From Chara braunii (lineage: Eukaryota > Plantae > Charophyceae), in NCBI GenBank assembly GCA_003427395.1, contig BFEA01000031.1:74003-138002 (forward strand): DNA of 64,000 nt. Direction: 5' to 3'. Shown one piece after another: positions 46,962 to 61,150 of the stretch. The position numbers and the translations under genes were made by a program. Numbering within the stretch: the stretch's first letter is position 1; each line of letters starts with the position of its first letter. Under the pieces are notes generated by a model, which saw only the letters and a list, made by a program, of their open reading frames with translations, did no database searches and was not told where the DNA came from.

Positions 46962-48060
46962 ATGGGGTCGAGGGAGCTCAAGATGGAATGGTCTCAAGGG
47001 AAGATTGGGGTCGAGGAACTTGCCTACCTGCTGGGTGTGCGTGATTAGGAGCGAGACAACCTACCCAAGGTTGAGATCGACTTCTTCAAACACTATCATG
47101 TTTCTGACTTTCTTGATAAGTTTGAACAGATAGCATCCCACTGCAAATGGAGTAGGAGCAGATGCTGAAGGAGGTTATAAAGCATACCCATATAGCCTTG
47201 AAGGAGGAAGTCAGTGGGTTGGCTAGAAGAGCGGGGTCATCATGGAGGAAGTTCTATGATGACATGTGGAATAAATACCGGCTAGGAGAGGAACAACTGA
47301 CCAAAGACGATCTTGAGAAGATAGATCGATATAGTTATGTGTTAGTAGGGCACTTCCTGGCAGAGTATGAGCGTGCATCCCGCAAAGTCTGGGCATTGTC
47401 TGAGCATGACAAATGCTTTGTCTTTCTTATGAGCTTTACGGATGCAGAGCAGCGAGATTTGATTCGTGGGACAGAAGGAAGACTCATATGGGTGAAAATA
47501 AAAAGAATTTTGTAGAGGGGGATTTCGATCAGTACCTCTGTCATACTCTGCGGGAAGCAAGGAAAAGAAAGGAGGCGTTGGATAGTGAGAAGAATGGGCA
47601 TGACAAAAGACCAAATGACTTGGCAGCAGGCACCTCCGGCGGTATGATAGGTGGATTTCAGAAGGACGCTAAAATCGTCAAACGAAACCATAGATGGAAC
47701 AAAGAGAAGGAAAAAAAGTCGTGTGTTGAGGGAAAAGAGGTGCAGGCTATAGTCAGAAATGTTGCCACTCATACCTGTGAGAGGACGCTTGACGCTCAAA
47801 GCGAAGAAGGAATAGAGGAGCGAATGGTTCAGGAAGAAGTTGGAGTAGCCCTACCGCTCGCTGCGTCTGATCCTAACAAAAGGGAGTGTGATGACAAGGC
47901 TATGTCGTCAATTGTAAGTCGGACAGGGCGAAGGAATAGAAGAGGATGAGAACGGTGGGCAAGGATGATATGTGCTTGTTGTGGGAAGACTGGTCATACC
48001 CCTCGCAGATGTAAGATGGCAAAGAGAGGAGTTGTGGGGTGAGGTTGTTTGCCTAGATGA
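46962..48060 (+). pseudogene. gag: Degenerate gag of element F
   Basis: FFKHYHVSDFLDKFEQIASHCKWS...SSWRKFYDDMWNKYRL aligns with the gag at 57339-58000. Perfect CCHC knuckle CACCGKTGHTPRRC at 47971-48012. Confidence 0.85.
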
Positions 48061-49994
48061 GGGGTTTTGTCCTTTCTAACAGTTATTATTTGTCACAGTC
48101 ATAACAGGAGAGAGGTAGAATGATGTTAGCAGCCTTGAAGGACTAATAAACAGGCACGCGAAATGCTACGACGTTGTGGAAGACTCAGTTGTTAGAACTA
48201 ATAAGTGATTATCTACCTATTTGGCTTTTAAGCTGAATTTATGAGTTCTACGAGACTTAGGATTCATCTTGTATATATTTATGATCTCGAGTGTGCGTCT
48301 TTATTTTTTTGGGGGATTGTGCGTACATTCTGGATCGGACTATCCACTCTCTAAGCTGACCTGTATATATTTATGACACTCACTCATTTTTGCGAAAACA
48401 TTTGAGATATTTTTGCGTATGTTAGTCAATTATGACCTGTATGATACGCTATACAAGGGCTTTTGTTTGATTAGGACCTGGATTTGTGATGATTTGAGAC
48501 TTGTGAGGATTTGAGACTCGAGATAATATGATTTTCTCCTGAGAACTATCTTGATATGGGATTTGATTTCTCTGGTTTGCAGAATCGTGCATGTTCTGGT
48601 TGCCATTGACATTCTCACCATTGTGGCCTTGTGGGTCTTTTGTGTATTGCTTTAATTGACAATGAAAAGAAAAAAGCGTGATTATCACTGAAAAATTTAT
48701 GAGAGACTTAAAGAGTCCAGAAATCATATTAAGAGAGAGGTTATGCCCGAGGGCGGCCTGACAAGGTGATTGGTTTTATCTTTAGTTTATCGTCAAGTGA
48801 AGGATGTTTTAAGGTTATATAAACAGACCATCCATGAGTGGGAGGATGACTGAGAGATTTTATGGTTGATTTTCCTTCAAGTGGAAAGGGGTCTTAAAAA
48901 GTTTCGTGGAAGGCTCAGCCTCGAGAGGAAGGGGTGACTTAAGAAGGTTTTTATGGAGTGAGAGTATTATCCTCGGTTAAATCGGCAGTTCCACTCTGTT
49001 GGTCATCAATTGCAAGTAAGCGTGTCATCTGCTGCAGGAAAACCTGTCAAGTAAGAAAGTCCTTGTCTGGCCAGTGGCTGTGAGTCCCGGCTGGTGTTGT
49101 GTATGGCAAGGGGTAAGGAAAAAAAGGTTCAATTCGGCATCCCCGCTTGCGTAGTCACATAAAAGCTGGTAAAGACAGCACGGGCAATGTGAAAGCCTTT
49201 TGGGTGTAAGTCCTTCACTCAGCCTATTATGGGTCACAAGCGGTCTAGTTTGTGACGGGGACTTCCATGATTAAAACTCCTTGAGAGAAGCTAAAGTTTT
49301 GACTAATAGCCGATGGGAGCGTCATCTACGAGAGGAAGGATCTGCCTAATTATGGGGCCCTCCAATCGGCTATGGTTTTGGTTGAAAGTGGCATTGTGTT
49401 TTATTTTGAAGAAAGATTATGAGAGTTTGCTCACTGAGCAAAGCTTATGGTTGAGATTGATAAAGTGTGTGACGAAAGTGAAAGAACCCTGCTCATACGA
49501 GTAGAAGTTATGAGCAAAATGAGTGGTTTTCTTTTATTTTGAAGACTGAATGAATACCCCTACCCACCCGTTTGATGAGTGACTAAGATGAGTGGCTTCC
49601 GCGTGATAGTAATGGCTTGTGGGATTGGGCTTAACGAGGCCCTACCCATAAGGTACATCTGTGGCATGGGTGATAGGGTCAAACACCTTAATCTTCTAGT
49701 TAGCTGAGGGATTGAGGTGTCTAATTAAATCCCACAATGGGGTGTTCCTTGGGGAAGAGGTTGAAAACGAATGTATGGATCAATTGAGTTTGAATAATTG
49801 ATGTATGAAAAGAAAAGAGGTTGAATAAAGGTTAAGATCCCGAATTTGGACCTACCACTGAGTCTGAGCTTTAGTTGGTGGTAGGATGATCAGGGTGCCC
49901 AGCGCGACAAAATATCGCTCAAAGAGACCGGAAGTGGCGTAGTCTTAAGTTGATGCTGGATGACTCCCTGTCTGTGATTGTAGTGGGTGGAAAG

Positions 49995-50119
49995 TGGTTT
50001 TACCCACTTTGTTAAATTAGAGGGTGAAAAGTGTTCGGGCCTAGCCAATTATTCGGTTGGTTTTACCCACTTTGTTAAATTAGAGGGTGAAAAGTGTTCG
50101 GGCCTAGCCAATTATTCGG
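49995..50119. repeat. 63-bp tandem duplication
   Basis: Two essentially identical copies starting at 49995 and 50058. Confidence 0.95.
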
Positions 50120-52394
50120 CTATTTGTAGATTGTTATTTTGATTAGGAACCAAAACATACTTTTGACCGACGATTTTGTCCTCTTCCTTTGTAGAGTGAA
50201 GGCTTGGAGTGGATACAACTAAATGACCGTTTTAGCTAGGGTTAAAAACTTGAGAAAGTTATCATATACTTTTTTTGAAGACTAGGTTTGAAACGTATTT
50301 CGTTTAAGCATCCAGTGCGACGGGGACGTCGCTTAATAGGGTCCGGGCAGGCTGTCGTACCAAATACCCTTACATGGGTATTTGGCGTGTTTTCTTTAAG
50401 TTGCACTTGTGCAGCCCCGTCCGCTCGACGGCACGAGTACGAAAGGGAGATTAGCCCCTCGCCGGGGTGGGCGGCGCGCGCAGGGGGTCGATGGTAAGGT
50501 GCAACCACACAGGGCACGGATGTGCACGGCATGAGTGTGCGTGGCGTCAAGGGCCAGCGGGACGCGCGGCGTCTAATCTTATTTTTGCTACTTTTTTTTT
50601 ACTTTTTTTTTCCCCTCCAAGGTCATAGCTCGGTAATCTGTTCTCAGGTCAACACCAGGGTGGGGCCGCGGTGTAGTTTTTGTTTCGCCTGAAACCCTCC
50701 ATCACGACGGTCTTCAAACTTCTCATTTGAATATTTACTACTACCAACAAGGTCTGCGTTGGGGCCCTCCTCATGTAAGCCCATGCCTTAGGCTTTGAGG
50801 CAGACTCGCTCCCTCCCACCCCTTGAGGGGTTGAGATAGCCGTGGGCAGCCAGGCGTAGGCTGCGCTCCTCTGCGGGATTTTGGACGTCATGACCACCGA
50901 CTTATTGCCTGTGCTAACGGAACACCCATTGTGATGTATGGGTTAGTACACAACCCATGTCAACGGGGTGGATGCTAGTAGTGAGCCGCTATGCCACATA
51001 TCTGTAAATCGTTCGTCGGCCTCGGGCATAGGGATGAAAGGTTGATCAATCTGCCTAAGGCAGATCTCCCTTGAAGGTCCCCTCAGACCGACAGGAGCAG
51101 CTACGGAGATCGCCGCACTGAGGTACTGTCAGATCGGGCGCTGTGGGACCAAGCGTTGCAGGCACTGCGCTAATAGGAGGGGGCAGACTGAAGGCGAGGC
51201 GCAACAAGCTAAGGAGAGCAGCGGGGCAGCGCTAAGAAAGCAGGGGAGATAGACGGCAGGCTAGAGCACGGCATCGGCAGCTCCATCCCCTCGGTCACAA
51301 TCATTCTCAACTTCGCCACCATCTGGCTTAACTGCGCAGCACTCACTTGAGCAGTACTGAGCCACCCGGCCGCTCATGACCACTTCTCGTTCACCCTCGC
51401 CATCTCCAACCTCAAAACCTCACGTCATGCACTACAACACTCGCTCAAAGAACTGCACCGCTGTTATACAGTAACCTCCAATCAATCACGGCTGGCGCTT
51501 CCCCGGTTCACACGTCGAGGGGCGTCAACGCCACCAAACGGCAGGTGGCACGTGGCAAGCTAAAAGCCACGACCACGTGTCGGGCGCGTGCACAGGCCCA
51601 GCGGCCTGGAGGGGGCTCACCTCTCCAACACGCTGGTCAAGCCGGGTGTAGTCGGGCCTTGCCGGTCGGCCGGCGTTAGGGCGCTAGCGCTAGCGCAGTT
51701 CCGGTTTTTTCCGTCTCCTTCAAGGTCCTTGGTCTTGTTATTTTCATTGTGATTTTGGTGACTTTTGATATTTTGTTAAGTCAATTTTTGGGAGGTACCC
51801 CACATTTGTTTGTATTTTGTGGTTCTGTTAACCGCAAATTTTACATCGCTTTCTTACAAAAATTATGGGGTGTCACAATTTCATTGTCATTATGTGAAGT
51901 TACAGGGGTCTTTAATACTATTTATGATGAGTTTTATTATTTTTTAAGCATATTGATTAACATTTATTATCTTTCACAGTGTAAACTCATGAAATTTTCT
52001 GAGTTTTCCCGGCTAATGCATGAAGATTAGAGAAACATATTGAGTACTATACCAAAAAACACGTATGATTGGCAATACATATGTGGGTTGTTTTATTATT
52101 GCATTGGTTGGTTCACGATTCTTATGTTTGTTTACACGTATAAAATTCTTATCGAAATATTGTGTCATCCCCCCAAATACCCTCCCCTTTGCCCCCTTGC
52201 CCTCCTACCCTCCCTTGGAAACATATTTCCCCCCCCTCTCCCCCTCCCCAAATGTATTTATTTATTAGCGAAGTGATGTGTTTGAAAATAAGGGGTGAAC
52301 ATTGAAAATCCAAATTATGTTCAGGCAACAATGTTGTTCGTGTTTTTTTTTCTTACATTGTGTACAAAGAGAGGACACATCGGCGTCCCCCCCC

Positions 52395-53004
52395 NNNNNN
52401 NNNNNNNNNNNNNNNNNNNNNNNNNNNNNNNNNNNNNNNNNNNNNNNNNNNNNNNNNNNNNNNNNNNNNNNNNNNNNNNNNNNNNNNNNNNNNNNNNNNN
52501 NNNNNNNNNNNNNNNNNNNNNNNNNNNNNNNNNNNNNNNNNNNNNNNNNNNNNNNNNNNNNNNNNNNNNNNNNNNNNNNNNNNNNNNNNNNNNNNNNNNN
52601 NNNNNNNNNNNNNNNNNNNNNNNNNNNNNNNNNNNNNNNNNNNNNNNNNNNNNNNNNNNNNNNNNNNNNNNNNNNNNNNNNNNNNNNNNNNNNNNNNNNN
52701 NNNNNNNNNNNNNNNNNNNNNNNNNNNNNNNNNNNNNNNNNNNNNNNNNNNNNNNNNNNNNNNNNNNNNNNNNNNNNNNNNNNNNNNNNNNNNNNNNNNN
52801 NNNNNNNNNNNNNNNNNNNNNNNNNNNNNNNNNNNNNNNNNNNNNNNNNNNNNNNNNNNNNNNNNNNNNNNNNNNNNNNNNNNNNNNNNNNNNNNNNNNN
52901 NNNNNNNNNNNNNNNNNNNNNNNNNNNNNNNNNNNNNNNNNNNNNNNNNNNNNNNNNNNNNNNNNNNNNNNNNNNNNNNNNNNNNNNNNNNNNNNNNNNN
53001 NNNN
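52395..53004. other. Assembly gap
   Basis: Run of N. Confidence 0.99.
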
Positions 53005-54369
53005 TGAATGACAAACATGAAATGCTGTATGAAAAACATGCATGAGGGGAGGAAAGGAAAGCAGAAGGGCCCCATAGGGTAAGAACGGGTACAACAAGAG
53101 GGATATATTCATAGTAATAAGGACCTCTTATTAGAAGATGCAACCAGGAAGAGGACAGGAGACAAGCAATCTGAGAGACTCCTAGGAGCCTCCCCCCCCC
53201 TGCCCCGCCCACCCCGCCCCCTGAGACCTTTCTGCTGCAAGACGTGGTTCTGCTAGGAAGTCTCTTGGCCAGCAGAAGTAACCCCAGGGAGGCCATGGTT
53301 TGAGGGGTGGGATGGTCCGTAGCAGCTCCCCCCTTGACAGGAGAGTAGTACCGAAGGGCTAGCTGACCCTTTTTCTACATCTTTTCTGTGCTTGAACTCA
53401 TTCTTGCCGGCGATAAGCAACCGGAGTGATGGCCCCCAGAATAAAAGGGGCTTTGTGTTTTGCTACCGGAAAAAAAAAAAAAAAAAAAAGTTTGGAACAC
53501 AAAGAACTTCAACAAAACAGTGTCAATGTATCTGAACCGCATGAAGGGTCTGTGCGTTCATTTTCGGAACACCTACGACACTAAATTGGGTCCTCGTCCG
53601 GCTGGCTGCAGTTGGGCAATTTTTCAGGTTTCAGGCCGAGTCAGTAGCAGTTTGGAAAATCTGCAAAAACCAGCTATCCAGTTTGGACAGCTGGCCATAA
53701 AATTTGTTTGCAGTTGGGGCTGGGTACAATTGTAGATTTTTTTGCAGACCAGATTTGGGTCAGATGCAGTTTGCAACATACACACAGATTGCGAGCACTG
53801 ACATGTAGCTACCTAAAGGAAATCTGTCTTGTGAACAAGGAAAAAAAAACTAAATCAGTCAATGGCAAAAATAAAAACACCTACTCCAACTTCAATGCAC
53901 GAAAAACTTCACGGCCAGAAAATTTCACCACCTTGTAAGCACTGACTCATTACCAATTTTTTGTTAATGGGTGCAACAACGTCGTAAGTGAATGAGGCTG
54001 TTGCGTTGCCCGTTTGCTCGACGAAGTACATTGTCCATGATGTTGAAGTCGATAGTTACTTTTGTTTTCTTGTATTCCCGGGTAACCGCTGACGTGTTTT
54101 GCTTTTTTGTGATGACTGATGATATCCTGACTGTGATAGATATTCTTCGAGCTACGAATTTGAACATTGTATTCCGTGCGTCAATATAGTACTGTTTCAT
54201 GTACTACTTGTACGCTCACATCATCAAATGTTCATCGTCCCTTCGTGTTATCTTGTGTCTCCATATATGTGTTGCACATACTGTTAACATTTGACGATAG
54301 CTTACAACAATGCATGCAACGGTTGCGCTGCATTTGTGTGTCACCCTGACAGACACAAACTCGTAACCG

Positions 54370-57300
54370 TCTCTTTGTTCCGCTGACCGTTAAATTCGCA
54401 TCGTCCAGCTGCTCAAGTACCGCGAAAATATCTGTTAGGTGCTGCTCGACGAATCTTCTAATTCCTGGTACGACCTCTGTCTCATCCTCCTTTACTGACC
54501 CTTTAATAGGAAAATCATCCAGAAAAACTTCAACCTTATGAGGGATGAAGTCCTTGAGGACCGCTACCAGGGCTCTCTGAAAAACGGCTACCCCATTAGT
54601 CCATCCCATAGGGACGACCATCATCTGTATCAGTCCCAATGGCATGTGCATAGCCGTGAGGTGCCTGTCCCTAGGATCAAGCGGGACCTCATCATACCCT
54701 GAGAACAGATCACAGACCGAATAAATCGACCTGCCCGCAGCGCCTTCAGCCAGTAAGTCGGCGTGTGGCATAGAGCCCACGTCTCGAATCGTCACCCCGT
54801 TGACCTTCTGAAGGTCCTGGATCCACCGGATCTTGCCATTCGGCTTTTGTAGGAAGAACCATCGATTTGCATAAGCGCTGTCAGACGGCTCCGCAACATG
54901 AGAAGCCATCTTTTCTTTTAGGAAAGCGATAACCTCTTCCTTCTCCTTCTGGGCGTATTTCCATCCTGCGTCATTCCAAGGAACATGTGGAATCGTGTAA
55001 ATCCTTGCTGGCCTAGCGTATCGAGGGTCAACCCTACCGCGCTCCGCATCGCTGAAAGCTATATCCTTATCGCATGTCTTTAGGATTTCTATCACACGTT
55101 CCCGCTCCTGCGGGGTCAGATTTTCATCTCCGATGTCCATCCCTGCTATCCTCTCTTCCGTTAGGCATTGCGGCTTCTTTTTCTTCCTCTCTTTGATTTC
55201 CTTTGCGATCTCTTCTTCCGATCTCCCTTCCAGTGCAGATCGCTCGTGGCCCACCGCCGCTGGCTTAACTTTTTTAGCTACTCGCTTGTGTCGCTTGGGT
55301 AGCCCCCCATAGGGGACCGTGCCCTTAAAAAAGACACAGATACCACACCGCCAAATTCCTCATCTGCCTCCTTTGGATACGAGTTGCCGTCCACTATCAG
55401 CCGACTCCCTAAATCTTCCACTTCNACNATCCGACCTTCTTCCTCTGTGAGCAGNGGTCCATACTTCTTCTCGCAAAATCGCACCGCGCGACCGGAGTCT
55501 CGAGGCTCCACCGTCTCAATCATAACCCGCGTCCCATCTAGCTTCTTAATGGACAAAGTCTGGCTCCCATCCGGTCGCTCTATCGTCACCGCATGCACGT
55601 GGCTCAACCACGTTCGTCCCAAGAGCAGATCGGAGCTGCAGTTCTTGACTTCAAAGACAGGCAGGGTCACTCGTACCTCTTGAACCTCTATGGCTGCCTT
55701 GTGACCAACCCCGGTGATCTGTTGCTTTCTGCCATCAATCGTCTCTATCTTAAATAGGTACGACCTATCGAGGCCCAGTCCAACCTGCACTGCCAGATCC
55801 TCGTCTATAATGACAGTCTCAATGCCGTTATCGATCAGAGCATCTAGTACCGCTTCATCGTTTATGATCGCCTCCACGGCCCCACTTCCGAGTATGTAAA
55901 ACTTGTCTGAAGGCACACCTTCCATCCCATCAAGAAGGACTGTCGCCATGCGATCCACTCTAGCAGTCACCCCCGTTACTGCTACAGTAGGAGCATCCGC
56001 CTTAGGGGCTCCCTAAGCCTCCTCTGATAGGGGTATGCGAGTTTTCCGCGTGATCATCTGTAACTCGTCACGAGCTGGCTTCGATGCCGCCAGATATTCC
56101 AGAATAGAGCACTGCATGGGATGCCGAAGGGCCCGTCTTAGTGGCTCAACCGTGTCAATCTCATCCAGCGAACTCTTCATCAAGAACTTCTTCACTCCCC
56201 GCTTCCGCGGCAAAAGAATAACCTGCTCCCCATCGATCCGTTGTCCGTCCTTCTCCGCCATCACGTAATCCGTGTCAGTCTTCTTCGATGTAGACCCTCT
56301 CGCCGACTTGGTGGCCGCCACCCTTATGGGTGTGGTCGCCATATCCCCCTCAAAAGTTATCTTGATGCTCTGGCTCCTGACTGGGGTCCTTTCCTTTACT
56401 CGACTTTACTCTCCTTGCTTCGACATTCTTCTTCATCGAAGGGAACATCGATACATCTCCCAGATCATCTGCCCACTTAACGTACTTGCGGTCGTCAAGC
56501 ACGACAAGTCTCTCATCTATTGCCCATTTGAGGTCCGGACAATCTCTCTTGATATGATCATCCCCTCTACAGTAGACGCAAGAGTTCCTGGGAGTGGGTG
56601 GCCTGTCGTCTGCGCCTCTGGAGGTCGTACCTCTCGCTGCTCTGGGGTCAGGGGACTTCGGATACGGATCACACGACGCGCCATATCCCCCTCTCTCATT
56701 CCTACCGCGCGAGTCATTGCGGCGGTCTCCATGTTCGTATCACCCTCGTGAATCATCACGTCGGTCTCCTCGGTCGTATCGCCCGCGTGAATCATCACGT
56801 CGGTCTCCTCGGTCGTATCGCCCGCGTGAATCATCATGTCGGTCTCCTCGGTCGTATCACCCGCGCGGCTCATCGCGTTGATCTCCTCTCTCATATCTGC
56901 CACCCCTGTATCCGTCTCGATCCGACCTCTCATATTTGTCGTCCCTATATCCATCTCGGTCCGCCTCTCATATCTGTTGTCCCTGTATCCATCTCGTCGG
57001 CCCTGATCCGACTCCCACCTACCTCGAGAGTCGTCTCTACCCCCATTAGGCTCATAGCGAGGGCTACGCAAGTAGTCATCCATTCTCCTAGCTTGCCCAT
57101 ACGTCTCGTGAGTCCTGCGGTCCCGGTCTATCTCATCGTCCCTACATCGCCATGGCTCATCGTCTCTCTCCCTTTCCCTCGCACGATAATCAGTCAGCGT
57201 TCGATGATTTCTATCCTCGACACTTCTCCAGGAATCAGTCTTCTTTCGGTCCCAGCGAAGTGAATAGGGTCCTCCGGGCTTGTCCCGGTATGTCGTGGCT

Positions 57301-58290
57301 CCTGTGGTGGTCACAATCTCTGTAACCTGTCTTGTCAATCACTTTACCATGTCCCTTATCTCCTTCACTTCCTCAGTCACGGCTTCATTCTTCTCTGACC
57401 AGGGATAGTCATTGAAATTAGGACATTTATCAGTGGCATACTCCTTGTAGAGAGAGAAGTCACGCCTCCTCATCCCTCTCCACACCAAGTCCTTGTAGTC
57501 GTCTGCCTCTACCTTTGTCGCGAGCTTTATGACTTCTGGGAAGTCAAGCTTGTCGCGCGGAAGATCTCTAAGTATACTCTTTTGTCTACCTTTGGACAGG
57601 TGTCCAATGAAGATAGTACAACGCTCGACCTCTGAGATCTTCCCCTTCTTCATCAGCACGTCGGAGATCTTCTGGAAACGCATTCCAAATGCCCGTACGC
57701 TCTCATCTTGATCTTGAGTCATCGTCTCAAGATCCTTGATGGAGTACTTGTTATCCTCCAATTTGTAAAGCTCAACGAGACTCTTTTTATACGTAGTCCA
57801 TTTTCCATCCTTTGGTCGGGCTTCCTTTACTTCCTTGTCGAGGCTCGGGTCCACATTAAATAGGAAGTTCTCTATAATCTCTTCCTCCGACCACTGACTC
57901 CGGCTAGCATGAAGCTCCCACTTCTCCAGATATTCTGTGATGCCGTAGCCTCTGAAAGTAGGAGGCTTCGAGACCTTGTGCGTAATAATATACGGATCCT
58001 TGCTCTCGTAAGGGAGCGGATGCGACTCCCCTGTCTGGGGGTCGAAGACTCGCCTGGGTGGCGCTCTGTCTCTATCTCTGTCCCTCCAATAGGAATCACT
58101 CGAACTCTCTCTCCAGTCGTCCATGTGCCTATCCGCCAGGGTTTCCCTTCGCTCATACTCAGGGAAGCGTCGTCTCGTCGCTTCTCGTCGACCGCTCGAG
58201 GTTCTCGTCTTCAGAGCCTCCTGCGGCTCCGTCACGACCGGCTCACCCATTACGTCAGGCTCTCCGTCATTGGTTTGGTCAACCCACCTC
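54370..58290 (-). pseudogene. Ty3/Gypsy-type gag-protease-RT fragment (element D), truncated after RT, no LTR visible
   Basis: Gag (PPTFRGYGITEYLEKWE), RD-rich region, CCHC knuckle CVYCRGDDHIKRDC at 56539-56580, protease ALIDNG...LLLGRTWL, RT DLFSGY...PMGWTNG...FLDDF. Confidence 0.92.
56735..56866. repeat. 39-bp coding tandem repeat within gag of element D
   Basis: Three to four copies of CGCGTGAATCATCACGTCGGTCTCCTCGGTCGTATCGCC. Confidence 0.9.
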
Positions 58291-58294
58291 AGCC

Positions 58295-58450
<156 letters not shown>

Positions 58451-59013
58451 CGTCCCCCCCTTCCCCCCGCCCCTGCAGCACCTGTTTCTTTTTCGTTTGT
58501 TACTTCAGATTTTCATTTTTATTTTTATTTTTATTTTTTATTTTTTTCCGCGCCCGCTTTTTGGGGACTACCGGTCGCATGGAGGTGGGTATCCCGCCCG
58601 ACGGGGCTCATTAAACCACTGGTACTTGGCCCAACTATCGTTGCCGAGCCTGGAATCCCCCTGCGCGCCAATTTTTGCCGAAGCGCCAGGGTACCGTTTC
58701 AAATTGTTTTGGTTGGCGCTTTACCCTCCCTTGCTCACTTGGCTTGCTTCCTTTCAGCCCCCAACTGGATGAGAAGGATGGATCTCCGGCCATTGTTTTG
58801 GTGCTGGGGGCGAAGTTGCGGATCCCCACATGCTAAGCCGAGCATGCAGTTTTGTCCAATCACCATTCTTCCGCCTTTCCTTGTTCTCTCCAAACAACGA
58901 CCACCCTTTCTCTCCTCCCCCCCTCCGCCAAAGGCCCAAGGTGGGGGCACCCTTGAGGAGGTGATAAGAGCAGCCTCTGCAACCAGTACCTCCTTTTCCC
59001 CTCCCTCCCTAGC

Positions 59014-59184
59014 TAAGTGTTGGCTCAATCCTGCATTTTTAGCGTTCAAGGGAAGCATTTCTAGTGTATCAATGATAAGAGTGAAGTGTTGGCTCAATCC
59101 TCCTGGCAGTGCATTTTTAGCGTTCAAGGGAAGCCTTTCTAGTGTATCAATGATAAGAGCGAAGTGTTGGCTCAATCCTGCATT
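59014..59184. repeat. ~70-78-bp tandem repeat, about 2.3 copies
   Basis: AAGTGTTGGCTCAATCC occurs three times. Confidence 0.9.
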
Positions 59185-60556
59185 GACACACTAAAAACCC
59201 TAAGCCCTTGAAATCATCTGGCTCTCTCCACTTTCAAAAATACAGCTGCCATTTGGTTAAAAAAAATGAACAAAATATTTAATATTTTTATTGCATTATC
59301 GCACGAAATTCAGCACTGAATTTTGAGTGTTTTCTTTAAGTGGGGGGGGGGGGGGGGGGGGTTGCACAATGATCGTACTGCAAATTAGCAATGCTCTATT
59401 AGGGTCTTAAGTTGTAAGAAAGGGGGGGGGGGGTTAACAAACCTACCCATTTGGTCGGTCCCATGTTTGCCTTTTCCTTGTATGTGACCTTGACGATTAG
59501 GGACGGAGGAGGTAATTCCGAAATTGAATATGGCATTTGTTCCACGGTCTGGGACAGGATAACCCTAATATAACATAACACTGCAGCTGATGTGCAGTAT
59601 GGAAGTGCAAAACCACAAAAAAATGTACAAAAAACTTAAGGGTTAATTTCATGCAAGTAAAATATCTTGTTAATTCTAACAAAATGACATTTATTACATG
59701 ATGCGGGTATGTAGTCTGCCAAATAGCCCGGCAAGAATATAGACATTCGATTCGAATAGTCCCGACGTGCAGCTCTTAAAGGTGTGACGAGGTGGCGATT
59801 GCACTGAGAAGGACTGCAGGTTCGCTGACATGCCCTTCGAGCTTGCAATGACAAGGGCGGCGCAACAGATCAGTCCAAGACAGCGAGTGAGAAGACTGGC
59901 CGTCAGACTCTGTGCTTGGGTATGCATACTATGCATGCATGGGATGACTGAGGTCCTGGTTTTCAGTGAGGGTAGACGTATTTTGGAAGTTACGGTGAGT
60001 GGCGCCCGAAGCTGGGTGATTAAGTCAGTTTACATTTCTTTGAAATTCTTTCTTTCCGAAATCGGCGTCATGGCTTTTTGGAATGCTTTCGAGGAAACGA
60101 GTTTTGCATGGCAGTGCATCCGTGTGGTGCGCATGGTTGCTGCCTGACCTTTGGGTTATATAGCCGATTCTGTGAGCTTTCCTGTGTTAGAGTAAAGATT
60201 CTGACAGCTGTCCTGTGTGAGAGTAAAGATTGTCTGCTGTGGTGTATGTCTGTTTTTCTGAAGCAGTTTGATCGCCTTGCTTTCATCCCCAATTCCCCAT
60301 CTCAAGATTTGCATAATGCTGGTTATCTCCCCTCGTTTTCCCAATGCATTTGAAAAGTCATTCGTCATTCTTTAGCCTGCCATTGCCCCAGAGCAGAGCT
60401 GGCTGGGAACACTCTAAGAAATGTACAGGCGAGGATGACAATTGGCTGCTCAAGCCTTCTTCTACACATGGCGGACTGACTGCAGAAAACAGAGCAAAAA
60501 AAAGGTACTGCCGAGGCCGTCCTTCTTGGATTCTGATCTTAAATTGTGTCGTGGGC

Positions 60557-61029
60557 TAGGCTACCAGAGTGGCCCGGGGTCACTTGCCCGGCCGGGCCAA
60601 AAACAATAAAAAAAAGAGAAAACTACGGCGCAGTCAGGGTTTGAGTTTGTAATTGCACTTGAGGCAAAAGGGCCGGTAATGCTGAATGTATATGACCAAC
60701 GTTTTCGGTCCGGTGGGGTTGTGTGGAGGGGTGTTGTATTCGCGGGATGGCGTGAAGTGCAATTACAAACTGTTTTCGTGACTGCGCCCAAGTTACCCCT
60801 AAAAAACAAAACAAAAAAAAAATATATTTTTAAAAATTTATCTTGTTTTCTAAATTTGGTGCAGAATTTCGATGTGACCCTGAGGCAAAAGTTGTTCAGT
60901 TTATTTTTCTGCATAACATAGTTTTTTTCCGGATTTTTTGGATTTTTTTTTTTTTTTTTTTTGCTGGGACCTTCCCTGGTCCTTGCACGAGCTGGCCACC
61001 GGGAACCGGGCGGCCCGGCTGGTAGCCTA
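60557..61029. mobile_element. MITE, copy 1
   Basis: TA-GGCTACCAG...CTGGTAGCC-TA termini with GC-rich subterminal repeats and an AT-rich body. Confidence 0.75.
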
Positions 61030-61150
61030 GGACTCGTGGGTAGGTAAGCATTATTGGATCAAAGCATGACGCGGATCTCATGCCCACCCCCACTCCCTTC
61101 CATGGTGTGCTGGAAGGCATCGCGCTTGCGCGCTATTTTTGAAATTTTCC

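Larger units (their letters stand above)
38654..51265 (+). mobile_element. Non-autonomous long-LTR Gypsy-type retrotransposon F (5' LTR 38654-45155; internal 45156-50352; truncated 3' LTR 50353-51265)
   Basis: TGTCG...CGACA termini. 38654-39566 repeats directly at 50353-51265. The LTR 3' end is independently fixed by the inverted copy at 4067. PBS follows. Gag is present and no recognisable RT. Confidence 0.9.

Noticed and set aside
50324-50350. GTGCGAC..AGGGTCCGGGCA match to antisense 25S at the PPT position
   Set aside because: A 12-mer in a variable rRNA region; probably coincidental.
51266-51722. Continuation of the element F 3' LTR
   Set aside because: Homology with the 5' LTR stops at 51265; the sequence is an unassigned fragment.
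52265-53296. Long ORFs over the N block, and similar ORFs at 35046-36426 and 57909-59194
   Set aside because: Artefacts of assembly gaps and GA/CT microsatellites.
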